Assembly: GCA_032718475.1 (NCBI GenBank)
Contig: JAUCBJ010000241.1
Coordinates: 1 to 36,726 of the forward strand
DNA length: 36,726 bases
DNA from: Nemertoderma westbladi
Lineage: Eukaryota; Animalia; Xenacoelomorpha
Direction: 5' to 3'
The translations under genes and the position numbers were made by a program. This document shows positions 13,301 to 24,253 of this stretch, one piece after another. Each line of letters starts with the position of its first letter. Position 1 is the first letter of the stretch. The notes under the pieces are model-generated. The model had not been told where the DNA came from and searched no databases. It saw only the letters and a program-made list of their open reading frames with translations.

Positions 13301-13990
13301 GTGTAAAAAACAATCAATCAATCAAACCATAATCAGCACAGTCAGCCTACGCATGGGTGGTACCTACGGTGCGCACTACAACGGCTGAACGGCAGTACAG
13401 CAATACGGTGTACCGTGCCAATGACTGAATGATTAGCGGTAACTACTGAACTATCTAAACTATTATATTATTATTACCGGTACTAGGCTAATTAGGCCTA
13501 AACTATAATCACCGCAAGGGTTTCCGGGGCCATGTTTAGATTACATGATATGGCATGTCTGCAGTGTATGGTACCGGCTGACCTGTATTACAGCCTGACA
13601 GTACCGGTACAAATGGTACATGCAGATTGGCAGACAGCCCCTATGTTTTGCAAAATTTGTCAGAAAACCAGCTGATTTATCCTACAGTAATAATAATTTA
13701 ACGCATGTTAATTTTGGATAAATAAATATATTATAACTACAATAACAGTTACACTGATGCTGCACGAAGGCCCCACGCAAATTCTACTTGGAAAATTTTC
13801 AAACTTTTGCCAAACAACATGTGTACCAAGTTTGGATAGATTTCATCAAGGATTGGCCGAGTTATTAACGTTTAAAATAAAATACTGAAAAAAAACGCGA
13901 CAGAACGACAGAACGACAGAACGACAGAACGACAGGTTGATTAATGGTACCACTACGCTAAGGCTCTCTCACTTCGTGGCTCGCCCCACA
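10335..13990. mobile_element. Composite of HINE-like elements of the same family as 1022-2331, in both orientations, with nested insertions
   Basis: Head on + at 10338, head on - at 13759-13778, core subunits on - at 11480-11790, core plus (acagaacg)n plus tail on + at 13790-13990. Segments 11255-11360 and 13335-13585 share inverted motifs. Confidence 0.5.
10700..11063 (-). mobile_element. Zinc-finger (CxxC...CxxC) ORF fragment, probably the N-terminus of a LINE ORF1
   Basis: IECSHCQSSW...FLCGVCAAVKIESLE after a basic linker resembles the N-terminal finger plus coiled coil of CR1/L2-type ORF1. Truncated afterwards. Confidence 0.4.
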
Positions 13991-14139
13991 CCAAGCCCCG
14001 AAATAGTGTCGTATTCAGAGACACGACTCCCCCCCCCCCCTCCCCCTTCTTGGGGGGCTTTTTGAGCTTTTTCGAGCGTCTTGAAGTTGAGAGATTTCTA
14101 GAAATTCAGTATTTCAAGTTAATTTTAATAATTCTTGTG

Positions 14140-14380
14140 ATCAGCGTGGAGTACTGGAGTCATCTTCCAATAGATCTGTGTCACCATCACCAGGTGGTGG
14201 AACCATCGTACAGTGATTTGATATCTGCAATAATTTCCTCAGGATTTCCATATACTGCAAGTATGCTGAACATATGTGAGCGAGTTACTGAAATAAGGCC
14301 TTGAAGAAGTCAACAAAGATAACAGCCAGACGTCTGTGTTTCTTTGTTTATAGATCTTCGATTTTCCTTTCTAAGCGTCA
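14140..14380 (-). mobile_element. RTE LINE RT fragment
   Basis: Minus strand reads RRLAVIFVDFFKA / SVTRSHMFSILAVYGNPEEIIADIKSLYDG, homologous to the RT at 28760-28880. Confidence 0.7.
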
Positions 14381-15399
14381 AAATAGGCTATATGGCCCCA
14401 CAACCTTTACGGAACCCGTTCGGACACAGCTGTGGGGTTCGCCTCGGCTTGCACCAAGAAGAGAGCCGACCGAGATCCGCGATGGTCCAAGGGCCAGCAG
14501 CAGCCAGCTGCGGCGTGGTCCAGGAGTTCAACCTCCTAGACACCCGAGTACTTCCTAGGGTAGTGGAAGAGACCCCCGCCGACAGGGGCCTGGTAGGCCC
14601 ACTGTTTGGTTGCAGCGGGCGAGCAGGCTGCCGTAATGGGTGGCACAGTCGACAGTGGCATTGAGGGTAGTGGTGTCGAAGATGGTAACGTCACTGGTGG
14701 TGACATTGAGGAGAGTAGCGCTGTCGACCACGCAACGAAGGTACGGTTATAGGAGGGGGAGGAGGAGGGGGCATCAACTGGAGACTATTTTTGAATCTCC
14801 AATTATTTGCCAGTCATTTACATCATCAACAAACCAAACAGGATTTGCCTCTTACGGATTGGAATAATATCAGAAGTTTTGCAGATTTGTGGTATACCAC
14901 GTGGTCCCAATGTACAGTTCCCCATTTGACTCCATCTCAAAGTGCCAACAATACACAAAGATCTTTTTCCGGTTTGCGATTATGAGGTAGTTGGATATAT
15001 AGGGACATAGGTATAGTCTTTGGTACACAATACAACAATTTAAACAAGGAATCAGCATTCAATCAGTCAATCAGTTTTACTACTAAATATTTGTTGTAGC
15101 GATTCAGAAATATTTTTAATCGATCCAGAAATATTTTTAATCAATACACAATTTTGATTCAAAAATATTCTTAATTGATACATACAATAATGCCAATAGT
15201 TATATTTAATAAAAATAATCTCTCTACCGGTTGTTGTTATATTACAATAATTATTAGCAACAAGTGTGTGTTGATAAATAACGAAGGAACATATTCCGCA
15301 GAATTGAGTTGAGGGATTGTCTATTTATGTAAGTAAATAGTGAGTGATTGTTGAGTTTATAGAGAATCAAGGGTTTCTATAGCCACAAGAAGGTGACCT

Positions 15400-15590
15400 T
15401 TGCATTTTCCACGTAGAACTTAGGGCTTGACCTCAAAAAACGAATTCAAATTGATTTATAAACAATTTGCTATGTTTTGATATATATATTTTTTTAATTT
15501 CAAAGAAGAACAAGTCATGAGTAATGAAATAACTGTCTGAAAATTCTCCACTCCGGGAAATATTAGTTAGGCCTCCATATGAAACTAAAA
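15400..15590 (+). pseudogene. egh: egghead/bre-3-like beta-1,4-mannosyltransferase pseudogene, 5' fragment
   Basis: Broken frames read CIFHVELRA*PQ...NLLCFDIYIFFNFKEEQVMSNEITV / SPLREILVRPPYETK, collinear with the Egh segment ICxRVVTRGDFP...CLDxGLENFxIEVVTD...REIVVPxxYKT as recalled. It directly precedes the part that resumes at 19498. Confidence 0.55.
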
Positions 15591-16515
15591 TAAATACCAA
15601 ATATTAGTTCGGCCTTCATATGAAACTAAAATAAATACAAAATATTAGTTCGGCCTTTATATGAAACTAAAATAAATACCAAATATTAGTTCGGCCTTCA
15701 TATGAAACTAAAATAAATACCAAATATTAGTTCGGCCTTCATACTGTATGAAACTAAAATAAATACCAAATATTAGTTCGGCCTTCATATGAAACTAAAA
15801 TAAATACCAAATATTAGTACGGCCTTCATATGAAACTAAAATAAATACCAAATATTAGTTCGGCCTTCATATGAAACTAAAATAAATACCAAATATTAGT
15901 TCGGCCTTCATATGAAACTAAAATAAATACCAAATATTAGTTCGGCCTTCATATGAAACTAAAATAAATACCAAATATTAGTTCGGCCTTCATATGAAAC
16001 TAAAATAAATACCAAATATTAGTTCGGCCTTCATATGAAACTAAAATAAATACCAAATATTAGTTCGGCCTTCATATGAAACTACAATAAATACCAAATA
16101 TTAGTTCGGCCTTCATATGCAACTAAAATAAATACCAAATATTAGTTCGGCCTTCATATGAAACTAAAATAAATACCAAATATTAGTTCGGCCTCCATAT
16201 GAAACTAAAATAAATACCAAATATTAGTTCGGCCTTCATATGAAACTAAAATAAATACCAAATATTAGTTCGGCCTCCATATGAAAATAAAATAACTACC
16301 AAATATTAGTTCGGCCTTCATATGAAACTAAAATAAATACCAAATATTAGTTCGGCCTTCATATGAAACTAAAGTAAATACAAAATATTAGTTCGGCCTT
16401 CATATGAAACTAAAATAAATACCAAATATTAGTTCGGCCTTCATATGAAACTAAAATAAATACTAAATATTAGTTCGGCCTTCATATGAAACTAAAATAA
16501 ATACCAAATATTAGT
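15558..16515 (+). repeat. 41-bp minisatellite, about 23 copies, plus a terminal partial unit at 19498-19532
   Basis: Unit aaatattagttcggccttcatatgaaactaaaataaatacc in tandem without spacers. Confidence 0.98.
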
Positions 16516-19497
16516 CTTTAGTCATTAGAATTAAAATTATTTCTAATTCTTTTATTCTCATGTCGTGTTACGCACCAGATGCCTCGAAATCTGTGGCTCT
16601 CTATGAAGATTTCCTTGGGAGACTTGACACACTAATAAAATTTTATCCTGAGTCTATAAATATAATACTGACTGACTCAAACTCTGACGTAGGTCCTCTC
16701 CAAGGTCCTAGGTTTCTTAGACATGTAACTCAGCGTGGTGTTCTACTGAACAACTTTCTATCCTCAAATCACTACCTATGTGCCGACACCAGCGACAAAT
16801 TTTCTGGCCCTTGCACTACCTACCATGGTCATGGTCACAGTTACCATATCATCACTACCGAAACTGGAATGAATTTTCTATCTAATGAATGGTATGGTAT
16901 CTAATGAGGATCCCACCATCAATCACTCAAATCACGTTCCTATAACTGCCACTTTCAGTTTCCCCATTGATATATCCAAAAGAATCTCCATATGAGGCTA
17001 ACTCATTTTCAACAAAACGTTATGCATGGGATAGAGTTACCTGTCAGCAACTGTGCGCATATGAACAACTAGTCAACAAAGGTATAAATCAGATGCGTAC
17101 TCGCATGCCTTTCCCTAGCCATACTAAATGGTCGTCCGATGATCTACACAAGTTTACAACTGGAGTTCAGGTCATAATAAGTCAATCTGCCAAGGCCACA
17201 CTTCCAATAATAAAAGTACATCGGAAAACAAAAAACATAAGAATAAGGTCGAGAATATTGAAAGATCGAACCCACACAACAAAACAACTATATAAATTGT
17301 CGTGCAATGATAACAAAGAGGATTCAAGCACATATGGACAGGCATACAAAGAATCCAAGAGGTCGGTTCGGCGCCTGAAAAATTGGTTGTCAAGAAACCT
17401 TGTATCCAATGCAGTCAAAAGTAAATCTCAACTGCTGAAGAAGGATCCCAGGAAATTTTGGAATAGCTTCAAACCAAAAATGTCGCAAGAGCCTCCTCCC
17501 AGTGTTCAGCAAGACATCATAAACAATATGTATTCAGCACACACAAGAGACAACAATTACACAAAGTCCATGTCCCAAGTCATTGAAGAGCTACAGGAGG
17601 CAAGGACAACAGCTAAAGTTCCAACAGTTTCTCCTCTAACAATAAAGAGAGCCGTTTTAAACCTTTCCAAATGTAAGGCCGCTGATGTTAATTCTCTTGT
17701 GGTTGAACACATCCTCAGCATTAACCCAGGATTTATATGTCATGTTTTGTCAGAGATCATACATGCTACTTTCAGACTCGGCGAAGTTCCTCAGGTATTT
17801 GGTGAAACAATTGTTTCCCACCTGTACAGTACAAAGGCAACGGACGTGATCCTCTACTCTCAAAGTCATATCGTCGGATCGCTACAGTAAACCTATTTGC
17901 TAAGATATTCGAGTCCGTGTTACTCGGTGAGTTCCTCTCCACCCCAGACATTATCCCGCCATTCGAGTCCGTGTTACTCGGTGAGTTCCTCTCCACCCCA
18001 GACATTATCCCGCCATCCCAATTGGCCTATCAGAAGAAAATTGGATCCGACTTCATCATTAGCGCAATCCTGGAATGTCTCGAAATGCAACGCAGAAAGG
18101 GAACCACCATTTACCTCTGCCAATTGGATGTAGCCTCTGCGTTCGACTACGTTGAATACTTTACTCTATTCAACAAACTACGACTTCACTTAAACCCTCA
18201 TATATGTCTTGCACTACTACCATACTACAAATTCAGCACTGCATTCCTCAAAATCGGATCAAAAATCTCGGAGATTGGGATCCCACTCACACGTGGCGTG
18301 AAACAAGGATCGTTATTATCCCCATTACTTTTCAACATGTACACTGCTGGTACACTAGGTGCTTTGGACAGCGCTGGTTTCGGACACAGCTTCGCAGTTG
18401 GGTGGGTGGGCTCCATGGTGTATGCCGATGAAATTCTACTAATCGGTAGATCTTCTGATGAAATCGAGAAGCAAGTCGACATAGTCATTGAAAATTTAGC
18501 CAAAGTTCAGTTAAGCTTTGAAGAATCCAAGACACATTGGATGTTCATACTCAGCCATCGTGGCCACCAGGGTGATGTTGCCACATTCCTCAATATTATC
18601 GGTATTCTGGTTCCCGCCCGACAGTCTATCACTTTTTTGGGATTCAAATTTAACGCCCATGCGGGGGCTCTAGCTGACAGCATCCAAATCATCGCCTCAA
18701 TTTCAGAGTCATTTCATAGAAATGGATGACCACAAGGTGGTTAACCACTTCCACTTTGAGTCACGTTTGGCGGTCTATTGCGATTCCCATCATACTTTAC
18801 AGTGTAAGATTCCTAGTTGGTGCTTTAACAGACACAGAATTAACCAATCTCGACGTCTACTACAGGAAAATATTGCGTGGACTTTTGCACCTGGGCAACT
18901 ATGCAAGTAACCAAGTCGCATATTCTCTACTGAACTGCAACTCAATCTCATCCGACGCCTTTACAGCTTCGATCAGTACCATAATACGTGTTACGGACTG
19001 TCCAAATGTTAATTTGTTAAGATGTTTAACACAACTAAATACACATAATAATCGTTCATATACCGGACTAGGATCCACGTGTAACAGCTGCAGACGCCAA
19101 TTTCCTATCCCGCTCCTATCATCTCTGCTTAAATATAAATTCAGTAAGAGGGAAATTTTCTCTAGATTATCACCAGGGTCACTGACACACAGAGAGACTG
19201 CCCACCACAACTTCATTCAACAGTGCTACGACAACAGTGCATTATCTTTTAACAGCAAACATAATTGTAATTCAGCAGTACTTTAACCTCATCTAGTACT
19301 CCATTGGCGACTACGGTATATGCAATATTAGTTATGTCCCATGCGTTATCTGGTATTTCTTTTTAACCACGTTAATTGTACCAATTATTGTTTTTACTAG
19401 TTTTTGCTTAAATAATTTGTGTTGAACGTATTTCGGTGCGCTTTTAATTTATATTGTCGGCAAAGACCGAATTAAATTAAATGAAATGAAAATAAAT
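16516..19497 (+). mobile_element. 5'-truncated non-LTR retrotransposon (APE endonuclease + reverse transcriptase), inactive
   Basis: APE motifs SCYAP, ILTDSNSD, NHSNHVPI. RT motifs YKG..D..SYRRI, LDVASAFD, GVKQGSLLSPLLFN, YADE (normally YADD), ITFLG. Several frameshifts. 3' tail (TTAAA)(ATGAA)n at about 19470-19497. Inserted inside the last unit of the 41-bp array. Confidence 0.93.
17907..18016 (+). repeat. 54-bp in-frame tandem duplication inside the LINE RT
   Basis: attcgagtccgtgttactcggtgagttcctctccaccccagacattatcccgcc x2 (FESVLLGEFLSTPDIIPP twice). Confidence 0.95.
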
Positions 19498-20020
19498 GAG
19501 TTCGGCCTTCATATGAAACTAAAATCAATACCGGGGGATCGCTTGGTGCTTACCACCTCAGGTTTAAAGCTCAAAACTTACATTAATGTTTGAAATATCA
19601 TGTAAACAGATTACAATGTGATAATTGGATTGTTCATTTGGATGAAGACACACTGATAACCGAATCTTCGATAATTGGCATGATCAATTTCGAATCCGAT
19701 GCTACGTATGACCTTGGTCAAGGTCTTATTACTTACTACAATAATGGAATAATAATTGGTTTACGACTTTAGGTGACATGCGTCGTGTACCTGACGCCAT
19801 GGGAGTTATTCGTTTGCAGTTCAAGTGTTTCCATAAACCTTTATTTGGTTGGAAACTTTCCTATTTGGTAGTTCGTGCCAGGAGCAAACTAGCCGTCGGA
19901 TTTTATAACGGACCTGATGGTGACATGACGGAATACCGTTATTTCGCGATGATGGCTTTCTCTTAATGGCTTAGATTCAATTATTTTGAAGCGGAAATGC
20001 TGGTGCGATCTTGTACAAGA
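19498..20020 (+). pseudogene. egh: egghead/bre-3-like beta-1,4-mannosyltransferase (GT2) pseudogene, catalytic region
   Basis: FKAQNLH*CLKYHVNRLQCDNWIVHLDEDTLITESSIIGMINF...LGQGLITY / RVPDAMGVIRLQFKCFHKPLFGWKLSYLV...FYNGPDGDMTEYRYFAMMAFS*WLRFNYFEAEM matches Egh WIVHLDEETLLT...GQGLITYAN...RLQFKLFHKPLFSWKGSYVV...FAMRAFSQGYTFNFIEGEM. Stops and frameshifts present. Confidence 0.9.
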
Positions 20021-20645
20021 TGAGGTCTGATGAGGTCTGACGTACGTACGCATAGCGCGGGTTAGAGCTAACTGATTAGGTCTGACGTACGTAGGTATAG
20101 CGCTGGTTAGAGCTACTGATGAGGTCTAACGTACGTACGCATAGCGCTGGTTAGAGCTACTGATGAGGTCTGATGAGGTCTGATGAGGTCTGACGTACGT
20201 ACGCATAGCGCTGGTTAGAGCTACTGATGAGGTCTGACGTACATACGTATAACGCTGGTTAGAGCTACTGATGAGGTCTGACGTACGTACGCATAGCGCT
20301 GGTTAGAGCTACTGATGAGGTCTGACGTACGTACGCATAGCGCTGGTTAGAGCTACTGATGAGGTCTGACGTACGTACGCATAGCGCTGGTTAGAGCTAC
20401 TGATGAGGTCTGACGTACGTACGCATAGCGCTGATTAGAGCTACTGATGAGGTCTGACGTACGTACGCATAGCGCTGGTTAGAGCTACTGATGAGGTCTG
20501 ACGTACGTACGCATAGCGCTGGTTAGAGCTACTGATGAGGTCTGACGTACGTACGCATAGCGCTGGTTAGAGCTACTGATGAGGTCTGACGTATGTACGT
20601 ATAGCGCTGGTTAGAGCTACTGATGAGGTCTGACGCATAGCGCTG
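20020..20645 (+). repeat. 44-bp minisatellite, about 14 copies
   Basis: Unit ctgatgaggtctgacgtacgtacgcatagcgctggttagagcta. Confidence 0.97.
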
Positions 20646-21913
20646 ATTCAATACCGGGTGACGTGCTTCCTCGTTTTTTCCATTTCTGAAAAAACCAATA
20701 ATATTGAATCATATTTTAAAGAGTATATATAAAGAGATATATAATTTGTAATTACCGGTTCTATATTCTGTGCCACTGTAACCTTCACCTTCGCTTATTA
20801 ATTGATAATTTATCAATGATTCTATATTAATTCGCAGAGATGGGATTTGAGGCAAATACCCCCCCCCCCCCCCATGCTCGGCTCGGTAGTGATGTCTAAC
20901 ATTGACAGACCCAAAAAGGCGGAACGAAACCTAATGATGGAGTGCCTCGTAAATAATTATGTTTTGATCAATTAAAAACACATTTCTTAAAGCAAACTAA
21001 CCTAGCTAATTAACCACACGTTGAATAAACCTGAAATCGATCCATTATATATACTCCATTATCGATCAACACAATGTACATGAAAAAGTTTATCAAAATA
21101 GGTTTGTAGGAAGTGTTCGAAACTGAAACTTCTGTATATATACATACAATACAATTTATCCCACACAGACAATTATTTATGACAGTAACTCTCCTTTCTC
21201 TACGAGCCGGCTCATAATAATGTAATTCGGGATCAAATGCTTTAAATATCAATTAAGATCACGTGACAATTAAATCCTGAGACCTGTCTCTGTTGCAATA
21301 GAACCGAAAACAATTAGTAAGCATAAAAGGTTGGAAATAATTACTAAATAAGGGGGTAACAAGTTACCCTGAATCGAATCTGGTGTATTTTTTTTTTGTA
21401 AAAACATGATAAATAACATGTCGAACAGCCGTGTTTTAGTAAGCGCGGATAGCCAATTTTGAAAATCGGCTGTGTTCGCTATTCTCAGTGCCTTTAAAAT
21501 TAATTTTGCGTTCTATGGAGAGTAATTTTCGATTCATCCAAAAACTTACACTTTGAAAAGATGTGCATCAATAATGTTGCACCACTATTGGACTTCAATA
21601 TTACAATAGGCAGATAGGGCTGTGAGCATACGGCAGAGCATCGTGTCTGCAGACACAGATGTAATATCGTTATATAGTAGCAGATAAACAGCCGAGTTGC
21701 TATAGCAAACAGCATTTTATCAACGTTAGCCGTCATGATTAATTGAGGTGCAATAGACGCGCAAGATTCTCCCCATTCAATTGATATAATCCGAAACGAT
21801 TGATGCGATAAGTGCGAAATAATTGAGATTTATTGTTATTTGTATTTGAATGGATCAAAAATCACTCCATAAACCAGAAGAAGGCACCACCGACTTGTGG
21901 TGCATTCTTATCT

Positions 21914-22011
21914 TATGTGCACTACAAATATGCACTACTTACGCGCACTACATATGTGCAATTGCACTACATATGTGTACTACATATGTGCATTACATAT
22001 GTGCACTACAT
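21914..22011 (+). repeat. Degenerate 13-bp repeat (tatgtgcactaca)
   Basis: About 6 imperfect copies, preceded by hairpin gcaccac-cgactt-gtggtgc at 21883-21903. Confidence 0.7.
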
Positions 22012-22725
22012 TTGATAAAGATATGTTGAATATCTAATTTTTATATAATTTGTTTGTTTCTATGGCAACCGACATAAATAAACATTTCTAATTTAGGCCC
22101 CAAGTTAAATTAAAGTGAAAGTGTTGAAAGTTTGAAAGTACAAGTTAAAGTGATACCTAGTTAAAATTAGCTTTAGGTTTGCTAAGAATATTCAAAAATT
22201 TGGTGTAGGTCTCTAATTTGGTTAAGATTTGTGGTCTACATTTTTTATGCCTTTGGGTATTTAACAAATATGTACAGCCTCAAATTGGTTTCATATTTAG
22301 TTTCCCCTAGTAAATGCTCCAAACTCAAACACGGTAACAATATGGTTTCAGGAGGTACAAGAAGTAAATTAATCGACTGAAAATACTGGCATCTGAAATA
22401 CTGGTACATGCAAAATGTAGAAGATATTTATCAGAACTGCCCTAAAGGCGACCAACATCTATCTAGTACATCCCTACAATCCTACATCTTTAGAATTCCA
22501 ATTTATTTTAGAAACAAAAATCTTTCCAACAATAATGCAGTGACCAATATTTATAATATTATTCATCTCCATACCAAACTAAGTTTATGAAATGACTCTG
22601 AAATCTGGTTGTGTTAAAGCAAAAACAAGAACCTGATGAATCTTGTTAAGCTCCCACTATCTTGTACGACGTCCTTATTTTATTTATACTTTAATCCTGA
22701 TCGGTTTTAATCTAAATTATTCATT

Positions 22726-24253
22726 TCATAATACACATGATATAAGTGCAACAAAAGTAAGCCAACACAACGCAGTTGGTGTTATTGTCACCATTCCCCC
22801 AACACCATTACTTCTGTTACACATTTCTTCCTCGCAACATTCAGCATGTTCTTCTACAACTTGCAGACAAACAACATCTTGACATCTTCTAGAAACTGAT
22901 GACTGTGAAAATATCAGACTGCCACTATCAATGTCCGTTACCTATAGAATTAAGGTTCTCAATAAATTATCTTGCTGAATATATACATGAGCACTAGAAA
23001 GTAGAAACTATTATTACTTATTACTGTTATTGTATAATATTTTAATATCATAGAAGTATCTGCAGGTAATGTGTGTGTGCTTGTAATGGGAATGTATGGG
23101 TATGCCCGTAATGTACTACTGACTCATGTTGTCGGTAATTATGTACATTTGAACTGTGTACATAATAGTACTAGAATACAGTATTAGAAAAGTTTCGGTC
23201 AGGAATTGAGTTGAAGGATGTGCAGATCCTTTGATAAACTCCTGCTGCCACTTATTACACAAAAAGGTGATAATACCGTTTCTACCTTTTTCTGCTAGTC
23301 CTGATTCAAATCTACTTTTAATGGGCCAGAGGATGAGCCCTTTCGCCAATAGTTTCATATATGGTTTCATATATAGTTTCAGCAATGCTCCAGGGGGCAC
23401 CACCCTGCAGATACATATAAACTTTGTGTTGTGGGTATTCAGGGGTATAGAATGCAGTACACTGAATAAGTGCGGCATCTGATCATGGGACGAAGCTGGG
23501 AGGTCATTTAAGTCCTCAGTAAAATGCTTCAAGTAAATGGTGGAGTGAGAAACTAAGAAGGTAAGACCTCCCACAGAGGCAACTGGTACACAATTAGCTA
23601 CCATTTAAGGACGCAAGGCTGAGATACGCCCTGGCTAGTCCAGATGGGTCGGCCTATATCCAGATCCAGAAACGCCCTGGAATGTTTTTCGCTCATTATT
23701 ATGTGGTCACAACACCAAAATTGGACATCGTTCAGCTCGGATTGCCGCTCGCCTTGACTGCGTACACTTTAGACTGAGACAAGACTTAGCCTTCACTCCA
23801 ATAAAGCTTTGTATAGTGTACACTCCATGATTACTCTACTTGAAACATGAATGTGAACCTCGATTAGCACAATATTGAAAAAAATATATATAATTAATAC
23901 CCCAGATATCTACACAATCCATATTCATTCTATATTCAAGGAGTGCCAGTTCTTAAAGCCCTGTCAACCATTAATCAGGGATATGTACATTAAAAGTAGT
24001 GGCAAAGGGTTAAAGGTTACCATTTCGAAAGTACCAACATTTTGGAGAGACCATGGAAACACTTTGAAACTAAACAACACAATTATAAACAATGAAGAAA
24101 ACTTACAGTGCAGGACACACATCCACTTCTTATTCCTTGTCTTACAAAGTCAGGTCTGTTGACATCATCAACGGGGTCGACAGCACATTGGATACAATTT
24201 GTATATGAAATAGTTAGAATAAAGAGAATAGCTGTCGGCAATGGTATCGCCAT
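22726..24253 (-). CDS. Ly6/uPAR (three-finger) family secreted, probably GPI-anchored protein, paralog 2; exons 24253-24107 and 22941-22726, 120 aa
   Basis: Signal peptide MAIPLPTAILFILTISYTNC, then IQCAVDPVDDVNRPDFVRQGIRSGCVSCT | phase-0 intron GTAAGT..ttctatAG | VTDIDSGSLIFSQSSVSRRCQDVVCLQVVEEHAECCEEEMCNRSNGVGGMVTITPTALCWLTFVALISCVL*. Same intron position and Cys pattern as paralog 1; AATAAA about 45 nt after the stop. Confidence 0.88.

Noticed and set aside
14344-14867. GC-rich overlapping ORFs as a host gene
   Set aside because: No recognisable domain or splice structure, stops in the most coding-like frame, and adjacent to an RTE fragment.
15558-16515. CRISPR array (also considered for the 44-, 30-, 41- and 61-bp arrays)
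   Set aside because: Units are contiguous with no unique spacers, there are no cas genes, and the context is spliceosomal eukaryotic DNA.
16560-19286. Active or domesticated reverse transcriptase
   Set aside because: 5'-truncated, several frameshifts, an internal duplication, and catalytic YADD changed to YADE.
20020-20645. Hammerhead ribozyme or C/D snoRNA array (CTGATGAG, TGATGA and CTGA in each 44-bp unit)
   Set aside because: No GAAA core half and no stem II/III pairing. The C- and D-like boxes are only a few nt apart. The unit is better explained as amplified egh-pseudogene sequence.
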